Below the pieces are notes generated by a model. That model saw only the letters and a program-made list of their open reading frames with translations, was not told the origin of the DNA and ran no database searches. This document shows, piece after piece, positions 24,690 through 34,007 of a stretch of 64,000 bases of DNA. Source of the stretch: Mobula hypostoma. Its lineage: Eukaryota. Position numbers and translations under genes: made by a program. The stretch is taken from NCBI RefSeq assembly GCF_963921235.1, contig NC_086106.1, positions 24,924,001 to 24,988,000 of the forward strand. The letters run 5' to 3'. Within the stretch, counting starts at the first letter, position 1, and every line of letters begins with the position of its first letter.

Positions 24690-25800
24690 TGGACTACCGT
24701 TCATCATTCAAAACTGTAATTCCCTCCAGGCTCAAAAAGAAGTTCAGAGACATCGGTCTTCACTCTGACTTCTGTAGCTGGATCCTGGACTTTCTGTCAG
24801 TTCGCCGCAGGTGGTAAGAAAGGGCCCCCTCACCACTGCCCCTCTGACTCTGAACACATGCGGCCCAGATCTGTGTACAAAGCCTCCTCCTTTACTCTTC
24901 GCTTAACAGTTACTGTATCCCTACACAGAGCTCCAATCTGGTAATTAAAATTGCTGCGAACAGTACATGATTGACCTAAACTCAACCAATAATGAGCGAG
25001 ACTAGAAAAAAAAACTTCACTACCCTGACAGAGTGGTATCAAGAAAACAACTTCTCTCCTAATGTCGCCGAACAAAAAAAAAACAAAGAAACAAACAAAG
25101 AAGTTGGTTGCTGACTGCAGACAGAATGGAGACAGGCTAACCACGATTGACATCAATGGATCTTTCAACCTCAATTCTTCGGCATACAAATCACTGAGGA
25201 TGTGACTTGGTCAGTACATACCGGTTGTGTGGTAAAAAAGGCAAAAAGAAAACGCCTCTATCACCTCAGAAGGTTGAAGAAGTTTGGTATTGAAGTCCAA
25301 ATACGAAGAACGCTCTATTTGGGCACAACTCAGAGCATCCTGACTGGCTGCCTCACTGCGTGGTGTTAGAACTGTATTTCCCTCAATCGCTGAACTCCGC
25401 TGACAGTTGTGCGGACAACGCATCTGTAGATGCGACCTGCCCTCTATTCACGACATTTACAAAGAGATGTGTGTAAAAAGGGCACGAAGGATCGTTAGAG
25501 ACCCCAAACACCCCGAGTATAAAGACATCCAGCTGCTACTGTCCGGGATACGGGACTGCAGGATAAAATCCAGGACCATCAGGCTCCGGAACAGCTTCCT
25601 CCACCAAGCCATCAGACGTATTAACTCATGCTGATACAATTGTATTTCAAGTTATTTTCACTTCCCTGTTGTACATCGTATTTATTATATTTGTTTTTAT
25701 AAATTGCACATTGCATATTTAAAAGGAAATGTAACGTGAAGATATGTACTCATTTAAATGAAGGATGTATGTAATAAAGTCAATTCTATTCAATTCAATT
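24690..25800 (+). mobile_element. Degraded Rex1/Babar-like LINE 3-prime half
   Basis: SWILDFL..LPSIHDIY..RIVRDPKHP..RLRNSF; ttcaa-repeat tail at about 25,785-25,802. Confidence 0.8.
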
Positions 25801-25819
25801 CATATTGCTTCTCTCTCAC

Positions 25820-26830
25820 AGAAAGAGACTCGATCCCGGAGTGTACACCGCTGTGATGTTTCTCTGCTACCTCATGCCCCCAAAATTATCTATAGTAGCG
25901 TATCTGTTGTTGAGGGAGATTTCCACAGAGCTCTCTGCACTGGCTTTTTAAGTCCTTTGTCTTTCTTGTCACCCATTCCCCTGCCTCCTGTAACTCTGGG
26001 GCACCCACGATCTTTGTGCCCGATCTATCATGCCATCAGCATTTCGAAAATTCCAGCGTTCATTCATTTCCAGCTTCCGCTCCATAAAACGGTGTGTAAG
26101 AATCTGAAATTGCATGGATTTCATTCAGGAGTAGTTGTCAGTGATACTGGAGAATTCCGAGTTTTCTCTTCCAATATCCGATAAGGAGTATATGCAAATA
26201 TTACGGTCTCGATTATGATTCCGTCCAGACACGCCGAATGCTTACTTCTTCCCATACATATTGCGTGGTCGTTGAGTTAGTACTGCATTTTCTGTGTATT
26301 CCGTTCAAATTTTCTGCCTGGCATATTACAGCTCATGCTGAGCAAATATAAAGAATGAAAGAAAATAACAATAAACAAACTACGGGGAACAATGCCTGCT
26401 ACATTTCGAATTCTCTTAACCACGCCTAATCTCGCTGTAACATCGAGGAAGCAAGTCCTCAAGTTCACTTTGCAACAGTGTCCACTCCACCGACTACCGC
26501 ACCGCTTTCCCCTATCTTTTTCGAATATTTTCGTGTTGATCAGCCCATATCAGTTTTCAAGACACGAAAATGCCCCGAATTGGTGGTTTATGCATTCGAA
26601 TCGGCGAACGCCAGAGACCTCTGTCTTATCATCTTTGCGATCTCCAATTGGCAGCAGTTTGAAACACCAAACCACCGCGAGCAGATGCCTTATTTTCTCA
26701 ATCGGCGAACCTGTCAGAGCTATGTTTTCTCACGCTTTGTATCTCCGATAAGCTCTGGTTAAAAGATCAAACAGCCGCCAGTTGATGCCGTGTGTACTCA
26801 ATAGGCAAACTTGAGAAAGCTCCGTCCCAA
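25820..26830 (+). pseudogene. Decayed, internally deleted NAR-TCR cassette (relic D)
   Basis: gtgtaca..CGCTGTG plus a spacer 12/22 identical to the V RSS spacer (25,841-25,886); D-flank relics cagca-tttc..aaattc (26,037) and gtgtaaga-atctgaa (26,094); J RSS relic gtagttgt..atactggaga..ccgag (26,131); ACG GTC (26,203); intron cagacac (26,226); V relic PEL..C..W..EQMPYFL..IS(D)KLWLKD..tgatgccg (26,562-26,790). Confidence 0.55.
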
Positions 26831-27715
26831 CACGGCTCGGATCTCCGACTGCCGGCATTTCAAATACATATTTCATTAATTTCCATTTCCAACAGTTCAC
26901 ATACGCGATTGTTCATCGCACATCGTAGCCGAGATTTCACTTACATCATTTTCAATTCATTTATTTCTGTATTCATTTAATCAATCATTCATTAATTCAT
27001 CTGTTGATTAAGTAACTGCATAATTAAATTATTTATTGTTTGTCTATTTATTTTTCTAAAATTTCAGTACAGTTGGTGCCTTAATATTCAAGATTATGAA
27101 AGACAAATCGGTAACTATGGAGGTATAAGGAAATTAAAGCTCTACAGACTATTTTTGCTGAGATCACACCGAACCCCAGTGTAATCACAAAACCCGAGAC
27201 AAATCCACGTTCAATACTAAAACAGTGCATTCGTCTTCCTATTCGACTGTGGCACTCTGCATTTCCACTCTTCCCTCAACCATGAGCTTTTTCCAGCCTC
27301 ACCAGCATTAAATACATATTTATTTTTTTCTATTGTAGGTCTGCAGAGCAGTGCCTCACATTCAATGTAATTTGTTGCATTTGCCTTGCGGATGCGCTGA
27401 GCTTCTCTTTGTTTCCTTCTGGCCTCTTTAACCCGAGGTGCCTTCAGATAGAACAGAGAAAATAGTGCAGTACAGTATAACATTGAGCCTTCGGAATACG
27501 GTGCGGTGGAGACCGATATAAATCAATTCATGATCCCTCTAACATTTCGCCACACCCTGCACCTACCTTTGTCCTCCATTTGTCCAATATCGATATGGAA
27601 GCGATTCTCTCTAATATCAGTTTATCAGCCTCTACCTGCAGCAGTTGCTGCGGAGTCTAGAATTTTACAGGAGGATTGCATTGGAATTCTCCAGGAATGA
27701 AAATAATAACAGTAA

Positions 27716-27716
27716 C

Positions 27717-27748
<32 letters not shown>
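27716..27748 (+). repeat. (AAT)n microsatellite
   Basis: Directly visible. Confidence 0.95.
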
Positions 27749-27750
<2 letters not shown>

Positions 27751-27789
27751 TATCAATAACAATACTATGTAACCATTGACGTCTGACTA

Positions 27790-28140
27790 AAACTGTCTTC
27801 CACTCAACTTACTGCAAACCGACTGTCTTTTTCGCTGTCTTTTGCGGCAGTGGATATCAACTTCATTTTATCCAAAACAGACTTCCAGATTTTCAAAACC
27901 CCTGGACACAAACGACAAGACTGACATCGAAGGTGAATAGAAGGGAAAAAAGGGTTGCCTGTTTTAAGCCTTTGGTCAAGCACACTCAAATTGAATCTGC
28001 TTGGTGACAGATTTCCTCTCATCTATACTTTCTGTGGAAGAAAAGCAGCCAGACGGATTGGTGCATCCAAAGGCTGAATGTGACATCACACGCTTCCTAG
28101 GCTGAGGGAGAGCTTGTCAGCCCATCCGGCGTACATGCCG
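27790..28140 (-). mobile_element. LINE 5-prime / endonuclease-start relic
   Basis: QRLK..NPFFPSIHL..KSVLDKM relic of the RLK..PPLPSILL.N..SL.NK motif. Confidence 0.55.
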
Positions 28141-28299
28141 TCAAGATCAGAGGATAGACTTATTTCCGTCACAAAATATAAAAACTGAAACATATTTGAA
28201 AACTTGGGGCACTGGTTGCAACATCAAGTAAGAACAAATAACCATTTTTTTTCTCTCTCTCTGAAGAAAAGTGTCTGTTTCAAGGCAAATGATTCAGAC

Positions 28300-28522
28300 T
28301 CATCAATTTATAGGCCATCTCCGTCACACAGGTTGAACAATAGGAAGTCTTGGGCGGGGCTTCCTCACGGTTCAAAGACACGAAACAGAATCAAAACCAA
28401 CAGCTGTCCCTCAATAACCTGTTGTGAACAGTTTACTGTCCAGCTTTGCAGTGCATTCTACCATAACTCTGCAGGGTCTGAGCTTCATCTCCTCGACACT
28501 TCAGCAATATTCCTTGTTGACG
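28300..28522 (+). promoter_or_regulatory. Putative NAR-TCR V promoter / 5-prime UTR
   Basis: Position upstream of the leader ATG; GC box next to an ETS-like site (ggcggggcttcct, about 28,353-28,365); E-box CAGCTG at 28,401; parts resemble sequence upstream of the relic at about 4,145-4,330. Confidence 0.4.
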
Positions 28523-28565
28523 ATGGGAGTCTTCTTTGTTTTCACACTCTGGCTCTGCTTACGGA
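28523..28565 (+). CDS. NTCR: NAR-TCR V leader exon (MGVFFVFTLWLCLR + 1 nt)
   Basis: ATG in strong Kozak context (acgATGG); 14 hydrophobic codons plus 1 nt; donor a|GTGAGT at 28,566. Phase-1 splicing to 28,703 gives MGVFFVFTLWLCLRSSLS-QSVTQ. Confidence 0.92.
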
Positions 28566-28702
28566 GTGAGTACCTTTCACACATCCACATTACAGTAACT
28601 TTAAATCTGTTTGAGACCTCTGAGCTTCAACCGGCTTAAATTATTCATGTGGTTCGTCTGTGACTGCAATTCACATTTCTCCGTATTTTTTTTTATTCTT
28701 AG

Positions 28703-28993
28703 GTTCATTGAGTCAGTCGGTGACTCAGGACCCGGCCATTGTAAACTTGAATGAGTGTCAGACTGCCACTATCACCTGCAGTTTCAAGCCTGGCTCTGGT
28801 GAATATCGCTTTCTCACTGGAAAATTCTTCAGGCAGACCAACTCAACGGCCGAACGCAAAGAAGTCACCCGCGGGGGCAGATTTTTTACTTTGATTAAGA
28901 AAACTAACATGCAGTTTACTTTGGCAATTCGGGACCTGCAGGTGGAAGACAGCGGCACCTATTACTGTCAAGCTGTGTACAGATGGCGTGAAG
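28703..28993 (+). CDS. NTCR: NAR-TCR variable exon (IgNAR-like V domain with CDR2 deletion)
   Basis: Acceptor ttttattcttAG ending at 28,702. Open frame SLSQSVTQDPAIVNLNECQTATITCSFKPGSGEYRFLTGKFFRQTNSTAERKEVTRGGRFFTLIKKTNMQFTLAIRDLQVEDSGTYYCQAVYRWRE. Canonical Cys at 28,777 and 28,966 only 63 codons apart; GGRF and DLQVEDSGTYYC motifs resemble VNAR; extra Cys at 28,756; followed directly by an RSS. Confidence 0.93.
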
Positions 28994-29031
28994 CACAATG
29001 ATGGGCTTCTGCTTCGCGCTGTACAAAAACA
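28994..29031 (+). other. V recombination signal sequence (23-class, 22-nt spacer)
   Basis: CACAATG - 22 nt (atgggcttctgcttcgcgctgt) - ACAAAAACA. Confidence 0.93.
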
Positions 29032-29353
29032 TTCGCTGTAGCTTATTTCTGATTCAGACGGAGCAGAATGGATCTGCGGGTAAACTCATCTTCCTGTCTC
29101 GCTGTGGATAGTCCTGCAGTCCAGCAAACTGTCAGTTGTTTTATTTTTTTCTGTAGAGTCTTTATGTTCCCACCTCGCGTGTGAGCAGATATTGTTGCCG
29201 ACCTGAGGTATGTGTCAATAAATGTCGACAGATGTTGAAAAATACACATTCTTGACACCGACGGGAGACAGAATCATTCCTGAACACTTGGAACCAGTAA
29301 ACGCCAGCGCTGCGAAATTAATTCCTGCTCGACTGTGTCATTGACTCGCCAGC

Positions 29354-29381
29354 AGATTTCAAATTCACGTAAGGTACTGTG
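29354..29381 (-). other. D 5-prime 12-RSS (weak nonamer)
   Basis: AGATTTCAA - 12 nt - TACTGTG directly before the D; heptamer 6/7, nonamer only 4/9 of consensus. Confidence 0.7.
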
Positions 29382-29396
29382 TACAGTTGGAACGAA
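29382..29396 (+). CDS. NTCR: NAR-TCR D segment (15 nt, TACAGTTGGAACGAA)
   Basis: Flanked by TACTGTG and CACAGTG heptamers; lies between the V and the J. Confidence 0.9.
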
Positions 29397-29424
29397 CACA
29401 GTGGAAGAGATCTGAACAAAAATA
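29397..29424 (+). other. D 3-prime 12-RSS
   Basis: CACAGTG - 12 nt (gaagagatctga) - ACAAAAATA. Confidence 0.93.
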
Positions 29425-29772
29425 GAAAATAATAAATATATAAATAACTCATTGTTTAAACGAGTTATTCTCCATATCGCATACAAAAAAATACAAACCT
29501 AGCGTTGTTCACGTTCTAATCTGTTTAGATTATTTTTAATTTCCATATTGCATATGTATTTTTGATTGACACGTATGCTGTGTGTTTTTTTCCTTCTCGG
29601 AATCGGTGTGCGGTGCGTGTTCCGATTTTATTCTAATTTGGTTTTGCTTTCTCACAAAGAACATATCGACCTGCCGGCAAATGGGGAATATTCTTGCTAT
29701 GTGTTGCATTAACAACTCTGGAAACATTGGGAATCCTATTGTAGCGTTACCTAAGCGGATTCACGTGAGTGT

Positions 29773-29811
29773 AGTTGTTGTATAGTGGAGACCGAGAACA
29801 GGATCATTGTG
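29773..29811 (-). other. J 23-RSS
   Basis: AGTTGTTGT - 23 nt - CATTGTG directly before the J coding sequence. Confidence 0.88.
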
Positions 29812-29869
29812 TATCAATGGGAGACTCATACTCTAGATGGAACAGGGACAAAGGTCACGGTCAGGCCCG
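29812..29869 (+). CDS. NTCR: NAR-TCR J segment (YQWETHTLDGTGTKVTVRP)
   Basis: Open frame with an IgNAR-type DGxGTxVTV motif; phase-1 donor G|GTAAGT at 29,870. Confidence 0.92.
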
Positions 29870-30894
29870 GTAAGTATCCACAGACACCGACGATTCCTCA
29901 AATATCTCACCCATTTTCACTATCGTTTGATAGATGATCGATTGATTTAAAATCTTGTGTGGTGTGATTCTGTAAACTGAATCTACACTCACTGCGACGA
30001 AAGGGAAGGTGGTAAACTGAATTAACAGAGTGAGATGGAGAGGGGAATGTCTGCTATACGTAAAGATGAAATGCTGGTGTAATCGTCGCAGAATAAATCC
30101 AACCGACTGATGTCAGACTGTGGGAAATACTGTAGGCAGCTTAAGGCATAAACCGCAAGCAGATAAGATATATATGTATATATGAAAATGTCACCGACAC
30201 GCAAGAAATAATGAATCTTGTTTTCTCCAATTTATTTTCAAATAGTACAGTGAGATGGAGAACCAATTGATGAAAAATAAGAAAAGAGAAGGGAAGATAA
30301 CATTTATATAGCCGCGTGCTAAACTCCAATTGAAAATAATATTCGTCTTCAGTTGCTCAGAAAATTATCCGACCAATGTGTCCCATTCAGTCTCATTACT
30401 GTGAAGAACATGTTACAATGCAAGAGGTTGTAACTTATCGGGGATATGTTATTTAAAAAAAAACAAGAAGCAATTCTGGATGGAGGCTCTATCAATTCGA
30501 AAAATAAAACAGGCAAATCCATCATTATTCCGCATGAAACTGGCGTTTAAAATAAACACCGCAGAACTTATATATAAAATAAGGCGTTCGGCCCATTTTA
30601 TGATTGTAGGCCCTCTGCAATTATTCCATGAAATTAGTTCTTCCTTCCACATAGATGTCCAAAATATGAAACATGTTTTGATAATAGAAAGATATCGCTA
30701 TTTAGCATGAGTCCCTGATTTTATTTCACTGCAGCAATTCAGATAATAATTGACAACGACAATAAATATTGTTTACTCACATTTCAAATGAAACAAGATT
30801 GCGTGAAAGCAAACTCTCCTTAACGTATTTGGGACGTGTTATTTTCCGACAGTTGTCGGTAAATCAGCAATAATTTTCCTTTGCATTCATACAG

Positions 30895-31197
30895 AATCTA
30901 TTGCTCCACCGTCTCAGAGTCCGGAACTACAAACTACACTTGCCGATACTGCCATTTTAACCTGTGGATATGACGTGAATTGTCGCAACACAATACACTG
31001 GTATGTCCAGCTTCCAGGGCAGGCACCCATATTCCTGCTCCAGGGTCAAACTTCCGGAGTACAAGATAAGACAAAAAATGCCGGGGAACGAATTACTGGT
31101 TTTGTCGATCCTGGTAAGAAAATCAGCCAACTGACGATCTCCAAAGTGCAACTGGGTGACGCTGCTGTGTATTACTGTGCAATGAGTCGGTTTGCAG
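30895..31197 (+). CDS. TRDV: Leaderless supporting TCR-delta V exon
   Basis: Acceptor ttttcctttgcattcatacAG ending at 30,894, phase-compatible with the J. Translation ESIAPPSQSPELQTTLADTAILTCGYDVNCRNTIHWYVQLPGQAPIFLLQGQTSGVQDKTKNAGERITGFVDPGKKISQLTISKVQLGDAAVYYCAMSRFA. Cys 30,963, Trp 30,999, Cys 31,176, extra CDR1 Cys 30,981. No leader exon seen in the 1,025-nt intron. Confidence 0.92.
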
Positions 31198-31236
31198 CAC
31201 TGTGATGCCGCGCATGGACAGCGCTGTTCAAGAACT
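31198..31236 (+). other. Supporting V 23-RSS
   Basis: CACTGTG - 23 nt - TCAAGAACT. Confidence 0.88.
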
Positions 31237-31258
31237 AGAGTGATTCTGGTTACAAGCA

Positions 31259-31297
31259 CACAGTGCTAGGAAGCAGCGAGAGAACAATACAAAAACT
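31259..31297 (+). other. Orphan near-consensus 23-RSS
   Basis: CACAGTG - 23 nt (ctaggaagcagcgagagaacaat) - ACAAAAACT, starting 22 nt after the supporting V nonamer. Confidence 0.85.
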
Positions 31298-31899
31298 CAT
31301 TTGGTTTTATCATATAAATACACCACAGCCGAGCACGGAGACAACGGCAAGAAACCGCAGTGTGGTGGGATTTTAGCAGAATGATAACAGAGAAAATAGA
31401 AGTACCACAAACAACACCCAAAATATGCTGGGAGAAATCATTATGTCCTGATGGAAGTTCTTGGTTCGAAACATCATTTTCATGGAAGTGACCGGATCTA
31501 CCGATTCCTCAAATTTCCACTTATTGAAGACACACACATTTCAAGAATATATTCCTGGAGCAGAGAGGCATGATTGCCTTAAGGAAATTCGCATTTTAGA
31601 TCAGAAGTGCGTCAGGCATAGCAACAGAAGTGGGCAAATCAGCCTATCCATTGTGGCCCGCCATTCCATTATTATTGTTTCCGGTTCCCAGTACATTCTC
31701 CAGTATATCCATGTGGGACATGCAATCTACCAGCCATTTTGAGTGAAGGAACATCGCAAATCCGTTTGCGCCGCGTGAACGTCGGCAGAAAAGCAACGGA
31801 CATTGAAATGTTACAAATTCCAAACAATAAATGCGTAATCTATTGTTTTGGAATTATACGGTATCACCAACTACAGGTATCATTACAATTCCAGAAACA

Positions 31900-32260
31900 T
31901 ATAAACATAGAAAACCTACAGCACAATACAGGTCCTTCGGCCCACAAAGTTGTGCCGAGGATGTCGCTACCTCAGAAATTACTAGGCTTACCTGTAGCCT
32001 CTAGTTTTCTAATCTCCATGTACCTATACTAAATTCTCTTAAAATATCCTATCGTATCCGCACCCATCAGCGTTTCCGGCAGCCCATTCCACAATATCAC
32101 AACGCTGTTTAAAAAAAAAAAAAAATCTCACCCTTGACATCTTCTATGTACCTACTCCCGAGCACCTCAAACCTGTGCACACCTGTGGCAGCCATTTCAG
32201 AACTCGGAAGAAGCCTCTGACTATCCACACGATCAATGGTTAGTGTTTAATGAGAAGAGG
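31900..32260 (-). mobile_element. CR1 3-prime tail
   Basis: catagaaaacctacagcacaatacagg..ttcggcccacaaagttgtgccga, the reverse complement of a CR1 end. Confidence 0.75.
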
Positions 32261-32299
32261 CCGCAGCAGTTTTGAGAAAAAAATCACTTGCCAATAGTT

Positions 32300-32640
32300 T
32301 CACAAAAACAGTGAGAGATCAAACCATATGATACTGGTTAGTCCGACGTTTTTCTGCAGTTATGACCCGTATTCAATTCGCACAGTTGCTTGGAAAGAGA
32401 TTGCACTTTCTCCCCGGATCACCTGGGATGTATGTCGGATGCTCCGGTTTTCTTCCAACAACCCGAAGTCTGGTAAGATTTGATAGGCTGATTGGTCGTT
32501 CTAAATTATCGCGTGATTAGGTTAGGATAGGATTAAATCCGGTGATTGCCGCGCTGCGTACCTCGATGTGCAGAAAGGGCAAATTCCTCACTCTGGATCC
32601 AAACATAAATAAATAATCAATCAAGAAAACAAACATAAGT
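32300..32640 (+). mobile_element. Degraded V-SINE (HE1-like)
   Basis: tgctccggttttcttcc..gataggctgattggtcgttctaaattatc..gtgattagg core. Confidence 0.65.
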
Positions 32641-33059
32641 AAATAAATAAGAATCGGTTTCCCCTGCAAGTCTTATAGTCGGTACGAAGTCGGCATGAAT
32701 TTGTATTTTTCAGAAATTTATCCAAAGCTAACGAATGACAAATAATTTCAATTCAATGCTAACGCTATTTGTATTTTTGCAGAAGCGATGGAACTGAATA
32801 CAATGCACGCCGGGAGCTCCTTCAAAACTGCATCGATTGGTTAATCCCTCTCTGGTGAAAAGGTGAAACAACTTTTTTCTGCAACAGCATATACTATTAC
32901 ACGTCCCTTATTTTGCCATATTTAAATTAATTTCTGCCCAGTGTTCACAGTGAAGGTGCAGGAGGGTGAGTGTGGTCATGGTGCAATTATTGCGTTACAT
33001 TGGTGACAGTCCAAGTCATCCATCGTAAATCTGTTGATTGCAGGAAACGGTTGAGTTTG

Positions 33060-33410
33060 CGACAGGCTTTCGATTTCAAATTTCCTTCTTGATCTTACCT
33101 TTGTGTACGTCTTGAATGTTGAGCGCCGATTACATAATTGTCTTCTGAAATACCATTTTGAAAATTTCAGTAATAAAACGAGAAAGTACCAGATCCACGA
33201 TATTATTCGGAAGGAATGTGATATTCTAGAGAGTACAGGTGAGCAAGCAGTTAAGCTCGCCTGACTGGAAGTGCGAGTGACGGTCGATTTAAAAATCGCC
33301 TTGGAATGTTCCTGAATAGTCTCATCCTCCTAGGGTAGTTGAGTCATTTTAGCAGTAGCAGAATGAGACGTAGTATCTGCTGAATTGTTTTAAACGCCAT
33401 TACTTAGTTA
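33060..33410 (+). repeat. Old homology block paralogous to 9,700-10,070
   Basis: Same shared motifs as listed for 9,700-10,070. Confidence 0.8.
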
Positions 33411-34007
33411 TTTGTTTGCTTGCTTGGTTACTTATCTTTTTCTCTTTATTTACGGAACTATCAGTCTGTTCGTCTGTGCCATAATTTGTTACTTTTTTTT
33501 ATCTTTCTATTTATGTATTTAACATTCGTTTATGTGTTTATATATTTATCTATTTATGTTATTAATTTAGTAAGTGTGTTTCTTATTTGTTAATTATCCG
33601 ATAATTATTTATTTATGTATAATTTATTCCAAAGAGGAGGTAGTGTTTGAGTATAAAACCATACCATGTTGACCACAAAATTATAATTCATACACGCTCC
33701 CTTTTGGGTGTCCGGGGAACAGAAAAATTCTACTTGGTAGATCAAAGCCGCAAGTCGCCTTAACTGTTTACTCAGAATTAACTTGAAGGCATTTTCCAGC
33801 TGACCGACACATTTTTCAAATAGAAAAAAAAAACACAGCAGAGGAAGCAATGTAAGCTTGCAGCATTTTGATTAAAATTAAATAATTCATTCTAAATCGA
33901 GGGAAATTATTCAGTACCAGACCGAGTTCAATTCACATTTTGATACCTTATTTCATTGGGTCGCTGTCATTTACTGATCCAAATATTTTGCACGCTTGTT
34001 CGTTGCC

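Noticed and set aside
26192-26199. Ig octamer ATGCAAAT as a V promoter
   Set aside because: It falls inside the J relic of relic D, and the downstream leader-like exon is in the wrong phase and not hydrophobic.
29555-29584. Possible 5-prime 12-RSS of a second D
   Set aside because: The heptamer and nonamer are weak, and no matching 3-prime RSS follows.
31173-31179. Cryptic heptamer TACTGTG in the supporting V FR3 (V replacement site)
   Set aside because: It arises in almost any Tyr-Cys-Ala codon run, and there is no supporting nonamer.
32946-32952. Isolated CACAGTG heptamer
   Set aside because: No nonamer at 12 or 23 nt.
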